DNA of 64,000 nucleotides from Eledone cirrhosa (Eukaryota): NCBI GenBank assembly GCA_964016885.1, contig OZ024761.1, positions 1,922,001 to 1,986,000 of the forward strand, read 5' to 3'. Shown piece by piece: positions 39,888 to 53,333 of this stretch (position 1 is its first letter; each line of letters starts with the position of its first letter). The notes under the pieces were generated by a model. It saw only the letters and a program-made list of their open reading frames with translations, ran no database searches and was not told where the DNA came from. The position numbers and the translations under genes were made by a program.

Positions 39888-41047
39888 TACAAGTAGGAAT
39901 ACATGTGAGGACAGTGCAAGCTATGTACAGGGGAGCTATCAGTAAAGTGAGAGTAGGAATTGAGTTTAGTGAGGAATTCCAGATACAAGTAGGAGTGCAT
40001 CAGGGTTCGGTCCTCAGCCTGCTCTTGTTCATTATAGTCCTCCAAGCCATAACAGAGGAGTTTAAGACTGGCTGTCCATGGGAACTTCTCCATGCTGATG
40101 ATCTGGTTCTTATAGCAGAATCAGTAGAGGAGCTAGAGAATAAATTCTGGCTATGGAAACAGCAGTTGGAATCAAGAGGACTGAGAGTGAACATAGCTAA
40201 GACAAAAGTAAAAAAGAGGACAAAACTCTGGCACAAGGAGCTGGCATAAATTCTATAAAATGTACACAATGCAGATCTTGGGTACACAAGAGGTGTAGTG
40301 GGATAGCAGGTAGGGAAATCTTCATATGCAGATGTTCAGGGAAATTTGACAGTAGCGGTCGCAGTGATAGACACATTTTCCAAATGCAAGTGGGTTCTAT
40401 AGAGGTGGTTGATAGCTTCCGATACTTAGATGATCAGATTAGCATGGGAGGAGGATGCTTCGAAGCCATAGAATCTAGAATAAAGACAGGATGGAAGAAT
40501 TTAGGGAGCTGCTTCCTCCGTTGACAACAAAAGGTTTCTCCCTACGAACGAAAGGTCGGTTGTATGATACCGGTGTGAGATGCGCGATGTGGCATGGTAG
40601 TGAGACATGGGCAGCAACTGCGGAAGATATGCAACGGCTGGAGAGAAAGGAAGCAAGCATGCTCCGTTGGATGTGCAATGTCTCTGTGTGTGAACAACCA
40701 AGCATAGATGAGTTGAGAGAGAAACTGTGTATAAGAGGGATAAGTTGTGGTGTGCAGGAGAGAAGACTAAGATGGTATTGACATGTGATGCGCATGGAGG
40801 ATGACCGCTGGGTAAAGAAGTGCCAAGGAATCCCAGTAGAAGGAAGACGCAGTAAAGGAAGACCACGGAAAACATGGGCGGAGGTGGTGAGAGCAGACCT
40901 TAGATTGCTGAAGCTCACAGAAGAGATGACAAGGGACCGTGACGAATGGAGAGATGCTGTGCTGAATAGGACCTGTCCCACCCTTGCAAGCAGGGAAAAG
41001 CGGACATAAAATGATGATGATGATGATGATTATGATGATGATGATGA
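39888..41047 (+). mobile_element. Decayed RTE LINE 3' half with (GAT)n tail
   Basis: GVHQGSVLS, LLHADDL, GSETWAATAED, GRPRKTW. Confidence 0.9.
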
Positions 41048-43368
41048 TCATCATCATCATCACTGTTTTACGTCCGTTCTTCCATGCTAGCATGGGTTAG
41101 ACGGGTTGTCTTGTTGTGGGCAGTGTCTGGTTGTCTGACCATGCCTTGCTCATACAGGAACTGATTCTGGCTTGATTTCTACAGCTGGATGCCCTTCCTA
41201 ACACCAACCTCATTTACAGTGAGTGCTGGGTGCTTTTTCGTGGCGCCTACACATCCACTTTACAGTGTGGGCTGGGTGCTTTTTTGCCATGGCACCTCCA
41301 CGACCACTTTGCAGTGGGAGGGTGTGGGGGCATATTGTCTATATGCTTCAGCTTGTACCCATGGGAGGTCGGGTACTCTGTATTACTGCGTGACGCCAGA
41401 GGTCACGGTCGTGTGTCATCGCCTTTGAGAGGTGTAATTGGGTAAGGTTGGCTTTTATCACCTCATCCCAGGTCTTCTTGGGTCTCCCCACTCCGCGGTT
41501 TCCATTGACTTCTAGTGCTCTGCACCTTTTTATGCAGCTGTCATCCTTCATACGCATCACATGTCCATACCAACGCAACCGCCTCTCCTGCACACAGCAT
41601 TTGATTCCACTTATGCTCAGCCTCTCTCTCAATTCATTTATGCTTTGCCGTTCGCGTATATTACTATTACACATCCATCGGACCATGCAGGCTTCGTTTC
41701 TTTCAAATCTACGTAAGTCTTCCATCTTCAGCGCCCAGGTCTCACTATCATGTAACATTGCTGTACGGATACACGCATCATACAGTCTGCCTTTCATTTT
41801 GAGGGAGAAGCCTTTTGCAGCTAGCAGTGGCAGTAGTTCCCTGAACTTCTTCCATCCCGTCTTTCCCTAGTTATTGTACTTTCTGAACACCCACCTCCGC
41901 TGCTAATTCGGTCACCTAGGAAGCAGAAGCTGTCTACTGTTTCTACAGAGCCCTCCCAGAGATTGGTGGTACTTGTTTCCTGTGGCTTTTTGCTGCTTGC
42001 TGTCCCAGCACAGCTGCTATATGTGAAGCCTACATTCTTAATTAAGCTTCCTGAGATCCCGCTACATCTCTTGTGTACCCATTGTTTGCATTTGGGGCAG
42101 AGAATGAAGTTCCTACCTACACCTTTCATACATACTGAGCAAGGCCATTTCCCTGTTGGTATCTGGGTTCTGTTTTCTCGTCTACTTACAAGGACCTTAG
42201 TCTTTGTCATGTTGACTTTGAGACCTTTCTTTCTAGTCCTTGCTTCCAAGTTTGGAATTTCTTCTCTAGTTCTACCATAGTTTCAGCTATAAGTGCGAGG
42301 TCATCTGCGTACAGGAGTTCCCATGGGCATCCGGTCTTAAACTCCTCCGTTATTGCCTGCAGGACTATGATGAACAGGAGAGGGCTAAGAACAGAGCCCT
42401 GGTGGACACCAACCTGTATGCTAAATTCCTCGCTATACTCATTGCTAATCCTAACTTTGCTGACTGCTCCCCTATACATGGCTTGTACAGCTTTCACAAG
42501 CCATTCAGCTACTCTTAGTTTTCTAAGAGCCCACCAGATTACAGCATGTGGAACTCTGTCAAAGGCTTTCTCGAGATCGACGAATGCCAGGTAGAGTGGC
42601 TTACTTTTAGCTAGGTACTTTTCCTGTAACTGCCTCACAAGGAAGAGGGCATCAGTAGTGCCTCTTCCTGGTACAAACTCAAATTGCATCTCATCTAGTT
42701 TCACCCGGTCCCTAATCAACTGTGCTATAACTCTTTCTGTTACTTTCATGACCTGGTCCATCAGCTTTATACCTCTATAGTTTCCTCTATCTAGTGCATC
42801 ACCTTTACCTTTGTAGCAGTTGACAATGATGCTACTGCACCAATCTTTTGGTATGACACCTTCTAGTATTACCTGGTTAACAATACGTGTGGTTATAGTG
42901 TGACCTACAGACCCAGATGCCTTCAGCATCTCGGCAGCTATACCCGATGGACCGGTTACCTTCCCCATCTTCATATCTTTGATTGCCTTACTTACTACGC
43001 TGCTGCTGACTTGTACTACTGGCCCATCTATAGGGTCTACTTGGGGTAGGGTCTCTTCTTCCCATGCATTCTCCTCATTTAGTAATCTATTATAATGGCT
43101 CTTCCATGCATCTTTCTTCTCAGCACTTGTGAGAGAAAGCTCACCTTTATCATTCCGGATACACTTCTCTCCAATGACATCACAATTCTCTCTTACACAC
43201 TGCCTCGCAATCCTGAACACCTCCTGTTTCTGGTCCTCACGTTGCAAAACATGCTTGAATTTTTTATCCTCTGCTTCCCTCATAGCTAAGTATACTTGAC
43301 GCCTAGCTTCCCTCTTGGTCTCTATGTAATGTACCCTGTTTCCCCCGTTCTTCCATTCTTTCCATGGC
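41048..43368 (-). mobile_element. RTE LINE, 5'-truncated; same subfamily as 7723-9212
   Basis: NYRGIKL, FVDLEKAFDRV, YADD; 3' UTR near-identical to 8914-9200. Confidence 0.93.
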
Positions 43369-43369
43369 T

Positions 43370-45153
43370 TATTGTTGCCCCATTTGACCATCGATTTTCG
43401 CAGGCTAAACACAATACCAATGTGCACGATAGTCCATGGTAAATCTTTTTAATTACATGTTCATCTTGCTAAGCAAAGGATGAATAGCAACTATTTCATT
43501 TCTCCTGACATGCCTTTCTGTCAATTATGGCCGAGAAGCATCCTGTGTAGCATCGCGTCTTCTCAAGCGATCAGCCTGCCTTCCACTCTCCTCACAATTG
43601 ACTCACAACGCCGCATCTATTCCCTGCGACGCCCCTAAACATCATCAGCATGGCTTATTTTTCTACCGCGTTTAACAACCCTCGTTCTAGGCCATAAACA
43701 ACAAAACCGCACGATGATGCTGCGTAAGTCTATTTAAATTAATTGTCAACATGTTCAGCAAAACAATTGTACCAATTCTTCCTCTTCACCTCCAAGGCCT
43801 ATCCATTACATCTTAGAGGTCGGGATTCGCAATTTCTACGATTTCAATATTGACACAACAGTCCGTCAGGTTTTTCGGCACATGTTTCTCTGATAGGAAT
43901 ATCAACGTGATTTTCACTTAATTCGTAAGTGTTCAGTCTTCCGTATGCTTTTATTTTTTATTGATACAACACCGACTACAATCATCTAACTTCACTTTGT
44001 AGGCTAGACGCGAATCACAAGGAAAACAATCCTCTGATATACAACCCCACCAAATTCTTTGGTCTACCTAGATTCCAATGGTTATATCCTTTGCTTTTGT
44101 ACGGTTGTACATTTGACAATGATGCAAAACATTATTCCACTTGATTCTTACCTTTCAGCTATAAATTGGGCAGTGCCTTAAAATCCCGGTTTATTTGCGT
44201 GCAATTTTTTGGTATCTTATGAATGGAGAATCGAAAACCATTTTTCTCATAACCTGATACATGCGTTACACATGCTGCATGGATGTGTGTGGACTATTTT
44301 TTCAAAATACCACTATCACAGATTGGAGCACAAAAAGAAACGTTTGTTCTTCATTTATTTCGGTTAAAGCATCCTGCTGTAATTTAGCGCAGACCCGTTT
44401 AAATCCAGCGCCTTATAACCCCGAGTGTAACAGGATACACTAGCTAGAAAGACAAATGGAAACATTGTTTCCTCGGTCCGATTTGACGAAAGTCTATTTA
44501 GTTCCACAACAAATTAACAAACCATACTTGAAGACACGTTGAGGCTGTTGCAAAGGGCAATAACCCTAGACACAATTTTGATCAACCTTTTTTCACTTAT
44601 AGCAAATTTACCGGGACAGTTTTTTAGCTACTCAAATCTACTTCAGAGGTTACGCATTCATGTAAAAAATCAATAAAACTGAAGCGGGAGTTCGACTTTG
44701 CGCAAAAAACAAGGCAAAGTTGCACATGGGAAAACTGTTTACAGGAACGTCCGATTTTCTTTAAACTTGTCGCAAAAGATTCGCCATTATGCCGCGGTTC
44801 AGATAAAGTCCCTTTTATTTCTTCTTCTGCACATATGAGGGCGAAAATTGTAAAAAAAAAAAAGCTGAAATAATCGACTTTTTCACCCTGCTTTAAAATT
44901 CAACTGAAAATTCAATTTCAAGTGAATTTGACTTCCGTCAGTCGTGCAAAGAACAATTTCAACGATACACTGTGAACCTACAATTGATCCATTATTTATG
45001 CTCAATTACACACCTGCGTCTACTAACCTCTGTTTTTTTTCCTTGAGGTTCGAAGGTTTTTGCACCTGTGATGCGCGGGTAGTAACTTTCACACATTTTA
45101 ACAACAGAGCAACGGTCGACTTACACCCGGGCAACGCCGGGTACTTCTGCTAG
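43370..45153 (+). mobile_element. Probable Helitron-derived segment (3' hairpin plus CTAG 45150-53); 5' limit uncertain
   Basis: ACCCGGGCAACGCCGGGTACTTCTGCTAG|T. Confidence 0.5.
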
Positions 45154-45173
45154 TAACTATATATCTATATCTA

Positions 45174-45235
<62 letters not shown>

Positions 45236-45319
45236 CTATACATATATATATGGGAAGCTCCAACCGTTAAGGTTGTCTTTTTTCCGGGTATGTCAATATT
45301 TATTTATAAAACATATCTG

Positions 45320-45385
45320 TATTTTATCTGATGAAAGCGCACCATAATTTGCCTTGGTTGCCCTTGAAATATGTATAATAAAATA
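45320..45385 (+). ncRNA. Type-I hammerhead ribozyme with extended stem I
   Basis: TATTTTAT-CTGATGA-AAG.GCA.CCA..TGG.TGC.CTT-GAAA-TATGTA-TA-ATAAAATA; flanks TATTTATAAAAC/GTTTTATAAATA also pair. Confidence 0.8.
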
Positions 45386-45423
45386 AATATGGTTTTATAA
45401 ATATAGTTTCCATTTATTAATAT

Positions 45424-45459
<36 letters not shown>

Positions 45460-45915
45460 TAAAAGGAAAATAAAATGCTGACAAATTGTTCCCAGTGAAA
45501 AATAGTTTAATTAGGAATAAGTAAAAATTAGTAATAAGTATTGGTTAGTATTCAGTTTTAGTGTTAAGTTTTTACCGATTGCGCATTTCTAATGCTTTTC
45601 AAAAATAATTTTGAGATAGAGCGCCCGTGATGTTTGCTCTAATCTGATCAGTTTGGGAAATTCTACCTGTTTTATGTGAACAAAGTGGCTCCAGAGGTAT
45701 TAAGATTTGGTTGGTTGTTGAATGTCACGTGAATGAGTACTATAAGTTTCGCGCCAATTCGTGTTGCAAAAATTCTTGTAGTCAAAACAATTTTGATTGG
45801 TCGGTAGAGGTCACGTGAATGTTAAAAATTGATTTTGCGCCAAATGTAGGTTTGTCGAAGAGTGTCCTTTTTCGCCTGATTGAGAAGTCACTGAAAAATA
45901 AATCTTTTAAGACAA

Positions 45916-46001
<86 letters not shown>

Positions 46002-49000
46002 CAGAGTAATTCGTGGTAGAGGGATCGATCAGTAGGAATGTGTGTGTACGTGTGTGGGGGGTATTTTAACATGGTGAAAGATATTTTTCAGCTCTTGTCT
46101 TATACGGAGAAGTGTGTGTTTGTGTGTATATGTCTCTTTGTATGTTAGTGTACGCGTGTGTATGTGTGTGTGTATATGTGTGTCTGTGTGTATATGTGTG
46201 TATGTGTGTGTGTGTGTGTGGGTGGACCAGTATTTTTGTGATACTGGTAAAAATGGTGTACATTATTCGATATTTTCAGCAAAAACGATTCTCTCAAGAG
46301 AACATTAAAAACATTAATAATAAAAGGTGTGAAATGTATTGTCATAACACCAAGGTGTGTGTGAGTGTCCAGATTTGTAGAGGGGAAAGATTCTGAAGTT
46401 GGGATGATTTTGGGCGGCACAGGTATCAATGTGTTCACTCAGTGGTATTTTCCTGTATTCCCGTATTTTAATTTGGGATCTATGGACAGTCATGCGTTGG
46501 CGGAGGCTGTTTTTGGTCTGGCCTATGTATTGTTCTCGACAACCTGAGCAAGTTAATACATATATTAGATTTTCTGATGCGCATGTGAAATTGTGTTTTA
46601 CTATAAAACGTTGTCCTTCTTTGAAATAGAATTCCGAACCCTCTATTAGGTTGATGCATATGCCACAGTTGGGTCTATCGCATTTTTTTTATTGTAGGTT
46701 TCGTTGTTGTGGTTGGCAGTACTTTGGCATGTGTTAGGATGTTTTTCATTGACTTAGATTGTCTTTTGCTCTTTATGATATCGTGTGTGCGAAGGATTTC
46801 GTTCATTCTATGGTCCTTTTTTTAACACAGGGATGTTCTGGAGGATGGTGTCAAAGGCCTCATTGTTGAGGGGTTGTGTGTGGAGATGTATGGAAGAGCT
46901 TTTAGTTTCGGTTGATTTACTTTAGGGTGTCTAAGGTCCTGGGTACTGAGTTTTAGGGCACGTTGGATTCCATTGTCAATTAGTGATGCAGGGTAGTCCC
47001 TGCCTATGAGTGTTCCCTTTAGTTCTTGTAGCCGTAAGTAACAGGTGTTTTTATTGGAGACTATAGTACAGATTCTCTTGGCTAAGTTGTAGGGAATATT
47101 AATTTTAACGTGTGGCAAGAGTTGAAAGGAAGATATTGCTTGGAGTCTGTGGGCTTGTAGTATATGTCTGTTTCTATTTGTTTGTTGTGAATCTTAATGA
47201 GGATGTCGAGGAAGGGGAGTTGTTGATGGCTGTATTCCATCGTGAAGTTAATATTTGTGTTGAGCCCATTTATAAGAGTGTGAAATTCTTTAAGTTTCTC
47301 GATGTTTTCGTGCCAAAGGATGAAGCAGTCATCTAGATATCGCTTCCAGTTCTTTTCTATGTGTAAGCGGAGAGTGTTTCCAAATTTGTTTAGTACTTTA
47401 GTGAAGAGGGTGATTTCCAGGTATCCCATGACTAGGTTGGCATAAGTGGGGGCTGTTTTCGATCCCATAGCGGTCCCAGATTTCTGCCTGTAGGATTTGT
47501 TATTGAAAACGAAGTAATTGTTCTCCAAGATAAATTTGAGTCCCTCTATCACGAATTCTTTTTTGATGCGTTGTGGGAGTTCATTGTGGTAATTATCCAG
47601 CCAGAATTGGATAGCTTCTATTCCTAGGTTGTGGGGGATGTTGGAGTATAGGTTGACTACATCGAACGTCACTAGTAGGGTTTGTTCAGAAAGGGGCATA
47701 TTAGGGAGGTGATTGAGCATATCTAGGTCGTCCCTTATATAGCTTTTGATGTGTTTGAGAAAAGGCTTGAGAAGGGTATCAATGAAGTTGCTAAGGCGGT
47801 GGGTTTCGCAAGCGGGGCCTGCTATTATAGGTCTTAATTTGAGATCATTGGGTGAGGGGACATTGATGACTATGTCTGAGGCTTCCTTGCATGCCTTACT
47901 TATTGATTCGCTTTTATGTACTTTAGGGATACCGTAGAAAAGGCTGGATTTACTCGTGAAGTCTGTGATGAAGCTGAATTCCTTGTTAGTGAGTCCTTCT
48001 TTGTATTGGTTGATCATAGTTTTTAGGTTTCTCATAATTTTCTGTTGATTGTAGTATTCAGCCTTTTCGTAGTATGTTTCGTTTTCCAAAGTGGAGAGCA
48101 CTAAGTTGATATAGAATTCTGTCTCCATTAGCACTACTGTACTCCCTTTATCAGCCTCTTTAATTGTAATGGTTCGGTAAGTTTGTGATGTGTTCACAGA
48201 ATTCGTCCAGGATTTTATTTCTATCTTTTGATGGAGTGTAGTTGCTTCTATTTCTGGCTAATGATTCATCCTCATTGTACTGGTCGAATAGTTATTCACT
48301 GGGTCGTAACTTTCTACAGAAGTCTGTGATGTCTTCCTTCATTTCATAGTAGTTAGGACGTAGTGGGGACGGTGTGAATTTAAGACCTTTGGAGAGTAAG
48401 TTGATAAGGTTGGGTGTTGGTTCTGCACTAGTTAGATTGATAAGTTTTATTACTCTCGGTTTCTCCTCCGTCTTGTGTTATTTTGTTTGCCTGTATCTGT
48501 GTGCTGTGTCTAAAAAATGGTTGGGTAGAGGGGTTGTCTGCTGATGTTAAGTGGTCTCCTGTGTTTGTTATATTCCTTGTTGTTGTAAAATGTGGTTCGG
48601 GTTCGTGGTTGTAGATTGAATAGGGTGTTCCTGTATTGCGAGTATAGATGTGTGTTTCTATGTGCCATGTTGGATTGTGGTGTTATAGGTGGCCTACGTT
48701 GTTGGTTGTATCGTGTGGTGTGGGTTTGTTGTGTATTGTGGAAGCGAGAGTTGAGAAAATGGAAATCCCCTTGCTGTCCCCTTGTAGCGGGGAAGTTGTT
48801 ACATCTATCATGGTGGTGGTATCTTTTCCCTATGTTTGACGATGAGGCATCCGCGTAGTAGTTGAGTGATTTGGTATGGTGTCTCCTTGAAGGGGGAAAG
48901 TTGTAAATGTCATTCTGGGGGAGATGATTTCTTGGGTTTTTGTTTCTTCTTATGGAAGCGAGGTTGGGAAGTTCATCTTCGGTGTGGTGCTTCCTTCTTC

Positions 49001-49690
49001 TTTTGTTAGTAGCTGGGGGGTTTGCGAAGTTGTTGTGCGGTTCGGTTATGGGTTTTCCTATTTTTATGAACGGGTTATTGGAGGTGTAATCCGTTTGAAA
49101 AGTCGATTCATAGTTTAGGAACCAAGCGGCACTTTTTTCCCTGCGTTGAAGGGATTTCAGTTCTTCTCTGTTGCAGTCCCCTTTCCATAATTTAGAGATC
49201 TTCTCTACCTTGGGGCCTTCAGTCTTATTGTTGATTTCCAGGAGGATCTCTTCATCGATGGTTTTGATTTTTTCCTCATTTGTCTGGGCCATTCTTTCCC
49301 TAAGGTGTCTTTGAGGTTCGTGTTCATTTGGAATGGACTTTATTTGTATTTTATGGGGGAGAGTTAGAGGGGTTGAGTTAAGCCATTTTTCATATATCAC
49401 CGCTTTGTTGTGATTTTGTATCATCTTCCAGAATGAGAACTTTCTGTCTCTGAGAGATTTGTTCCATTTTGGAATTGTTCGAATTTTCATTTTGTATGAA
49501 TCAATCTCACATGGTTCTTCGTTGGTTTTTCCTTAGTAGTAGTGAACATAGTTTGGATAGTATCGCAAAGGTTTTGAAGTTTATCGCCGATTTCAGAGGG
49601 TTTGTATCCGGTGACGGTTTCCTCATTTGTGGAGTCAAGTTTGTCGACTAGCACAGATAGGTTTGTGTTGATTTTCTTGAGTTCCTGTAG
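45460..49690 (-). mobile_element. Near full-length, frameshifted Penelope-like element (Neptune-like) antisense within protease intron 1
   Basis: ADKG, YGIPKVHK, FDVVNLYSNIP, GTAMGS, RYLDDCF (47082-48197); CDRPNCGIC and LIYVLTC..C..QYIGQT at about 46330-46690. Confidence 0.9.
45918..45999. repeat. (TG)n microsatellite
   Basis: Seen directly. Confidence 0.95.
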
Positions 49691-49807
49691 AATATATATA
49701 TATATATACACATATATATATATATACTATATACTATATATATATGTATATCACACACCAGTCCTGTCTATGTATCTATATATCTATATACCACTTTATT
49801 CTAACAG

Positions 49808-49964
49808 TGCCAAGGACCCAGATAGTTGAAGGTGACCCTGCTCTTCTCTGTGAAATGCCATCTATAGCCTTCCTCAAGATATACAAGACCTATGAGATGG
49901 GATACAAAGTGTGTGGTGGTACATTGGTCAGTCCATCATATATAGTTACCGCAGCCCATTGTCT
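49808..49964 (+). CDS. S1 (trypsin/chymotrypsin-like) serine protease exon 2
   Basis: CTAACAG acceptor; VPRTQ-IVEG...VCGGTLVSPSYIVTAAHCL; GTAAGT donor. Confidence 0.92.
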
Positions 49965-50237
49965 GTAAGTACTGAACTTAGACTTAGAAATGTGCTGATG
50001 TGTGGTGGTGTGTAGTGGTGGTGGTGATGTGTTGTGGTGGTGGTGTGTAGTGTGGTGGAGTGTTGTGGCGGTGCGTGTCTATGTTAGTGTGTGGTATTTG
50101 TCTATGGTAGTGGTGGTGTGTTGTGGCAGCTTGTGGTGGTGTGTTGTGGTGGTGTGTTGTGGTGGTGGTGTGTGGTGGTGGTGGTGGTGGTGGCAATTGA
50201 CTTTCCCCTTCCTTTCAAATTGCCAAAAGTAGAGAAA

Positions 50238-50279
<42 letters not shown>

Positions 50280-50281
<2 letters not shown>

Positions 50282-52894
50282 CGAGGGGACGAAAGCCATT
50301 CAATGGGCCTATGTGGTGGAGGCGCGACGTGGCAACAAATCCACAATACGGTCTTTGCCTGATCAAATTGGCCGCATATTGCTCGGACCCGAGCAGATGT
50401 GTGCGGCTTTTCAACAGCACTTTGCTCGATTGTTCGGGAGTGACGGCGGACAGGATCGGAGTATGGACTTCGGTGCATACCTTGATGGACTGCCGAGGTT
50501 CTCGGCGACTGCAGCGCAGGGCTGTGAAAGGCCGATAACAGCAGGTGAAATACGTGAAGCAATGTCTAACTGCACGAGGGGTAAATCGCCAGGTTTGGAT
50601 GGTCTACCCTATGAGCTTTATGCGTACATGCCTGATTTTTCGGCGACCTCTTGGCAGATGTCTACTGCAACTGGCAGCTGAACAGGAGCATTCCCAATTT
50701 TGTGAGCCGGGGAGCGGTGACGCTATTGAGAAAAGACCCGAACAAAGGGGACGTTATAGACAACTTCAGGCCCATAACTCTGCTAAACACAGAGTTCAAG
50801 ATTTTGGCCAAGGAGTTAACAAAGAGATTGGTGCTTGTCGTCGGTGATCTGGTAGGAGGAGCGCAGACATGCGCCATTCCGGACAGATCCATCCATGACA
50901 ACTTCCATCTCATGCAATACATCATAGAGAGGGTGGTTAAGGAACCTGGCACGGGTGGGGCCCTGATCAACTTGGATCAATCTAAAGTATTTGATAGGGT
51001 CGACCATCGGTACCTGGCTGCGGTCCTCAAGGTGGCCGGCTTCGGGCCCGTTTTTAGAGGCTGGATCGCTGCGATGCACAGCAACATCTGCTCGATTGTG
51101 AGGGTGAATGGTCACCTGTTGAAACCGTTCAGCATAATGCGCACGGTCCGCCAAGGTTGTCCCCTCTTGTACCTCTTGTACGTACTGGCTCTCGAGCCAT
51201 TACTGCACAAATTGGAGACCATGAGGGATGTACCTCGCGAACTGGGATGAGGGAGATCCGTGTCAGCTTACGCCAACTACGTCACCGTGGTGGTGTCGAG
51301 CACCAAACACGTCCAGATGCTCGGCACCGCTCTCAAGGAATACGAAGCGGTGACAGAAGCAAAGATAAACCCGGAAAAGTCGCTAGGCTTGCAACTCGGC
51401 ACCTGGAGAGGCAAGTCCATGCCGTCCGACAGCGTTGTGGGGCGCTGGACGGAAGGACCGGTTAAATTTCTTGGGGTCTGCTTCAGTCCGGACCTCCAGA
51501 TGGAGAAAAACTAGAGTGAGGTGACGAGCAGGGTGGCTTCTCTCACCCAGAAATGGGCTGAGCGGAGGCTGTCTCTGAAAGGTCGGGCGGAGGTGGCGAA
51601 TGCGTACATCGTGTCCATCATCTGCTACCGCCTGACCGTCGTACCTTGCCCCCGTCCAACTCTGACCAAAATGGAGCGCCTTCTCTTCTGATTTTTGTGG
51701 AAGGGACGTGCTTCCATGGTCAGACGATCCATCTGCTGTCAGCACCCGTTGCATGGAGGACTGGTCATGCCATGGCTGATGATGCGCAAACATGTACTGA
51801 GGCTGCGACATCTCTGGTGCTTCCTTTGACGGTGAACAGGTGTGGTCGCCATTTGCCAGACACGCTTTTCCCCCAGCTCGTCTCCTTGACGGAGCTGCAG
51901 TCGTGGATCAGAAAAAGACCGAGGGATAGCGCTTGGAAGCTGGAATGTCTCCAAGCGCTCCCTGCCCTCTACCAGCTGGGCACTGATATCGGTGGAACAT
52001 CCACCTTGGCGTTCTATAGAGGGCTAGTGGAGGGGAAGAGCGACGACGTTCTCGGGGAGACCCTGGGTATCAAAGACGATCAGCTGTTTGCTCTCTTCAA
52101 GATAACTTTCAGCCTGGGACCTATGGACAATTTCCAAAAATCCCTGGCCTTGCAGTGCTACCGGGGAGCATTGCCGGTTCGGGATAAGCTCTACAGGCAT
52201 AGAGGTGCTGTCAGCCGAGCCTGTCCAAGATGCGCGCAGGACGACAAAACCGTCCTGCACGCACTCGTTCAGTGTCCGAGAATTGCTGACTTGTGGAGCT
52301 ATGTCGAACAGTTGCTGTCGCGTGTAGGACGGATCCAGTTATCGACTGAGTCCATCGTGCAGATAGCCCCGCCATCCTCCTTTAAAGAGGAGGAAGGGGA
52401 AGCAGTCTTCATCTGCCTGGTGGCCATGATGAAAGAGATTGTGTGGTGGACAAGGTTGAAAGGGTTGAAGATGGACACTTTCCTCTCTGGCCAATACCTG
52501 ATTAACCTTTTCAAGTTACACTTGAAGAGGAAAATCAGGGTGGGAAGGCAAGTGCTGTCTTCCAGTTTGTTGAAAGGTGGGTGAAAGTGGCGAATCTGGT
52601 CCAAGTGAACAGGCCCACTCTGAGTATGCGCCTGTAGACTGAGGAGTGGGAAAACTGAGAGAGGGCGCTTGCCCTGGTGGTCAGGGTGGCCGTGGTCTTT
52701 TGTGTGGTTTTCGCCACGAGTGACCCTCGGAGGCTTCCCTCTTATTGTGGATTTTTTTATTGTTTGAATTTTAATTTATTTTACACGTTTCTGTCTTTTA
52801 TAACCTTTTTACACGGCCAAAACCCACTTTGAATTGTCCTGTGCCGTCTGTAATGTTTTTCTTCATGTTAGCCCTTGTGGCCAATAAAGAAATC
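50280..52894 (+). mobile_element. Tx1-clade LINE, 5'-truncated and decayed
   Basis: KSPGLDGLPYE, NFRPITLLN, LDQSKVFDRV, YANY replacing YADD, CPRC..H...C; AATAAA at 52883; (ATT)n on both sides. Confidence 0.92.
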
Positions 52895-52904
52895 ATTATT
52901 ATTG

Positions 52905-53287
52905 TTCTTTGAGTCTCAGTCATTGATGTTATTTAACTGGAAAGTTTGTTGAAATGAATATCAAGACGCTACCTGCAGCCTCAGATATTCAAGATGTATC
53001 AGAGGGTTCTTGCTGTTCCCAGCACGCATGCCTTTTGAAGTGTTCCAAAAAGCGGGGCTGGACTAATCTTCTTTAACCATCCTTGGAAACTCCTATGACA
53101 ATCGGCACGACCTTGACTTCATGGCAGTTCCAAATCCTTTTTAGCCCCCACTTTAAGTCCTGGTATCGGTTAATTTTCTCCCTCTCCTTTTCTTGCACTC
53201 TCGTGTCAAAAGGACAGGCTACATCTACAATCAGGCACGATCTTTTTTCCTTGTCCAAAACCACCAGATCAGGCCTATTGTGTTCTA

Positions 53288-53290
<3 letters not shown>
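52905..53290 (-). mobile_element. R4/Dong-type restriction-like-endonuclease LINE 3' fragment
   Basis: HNRPDLVVLDK...IVDVACPFD...EKINRYQDL...VVPIVIG. Confidence 0.8.

Positions 53291-53333
<43 letters not shown>

Noticed and set aside
49998-50192. Trp/Cys/His-rich ORFs after protease exon 2
   Set aside because: (GGT/TGT) low-complexity intron sequence
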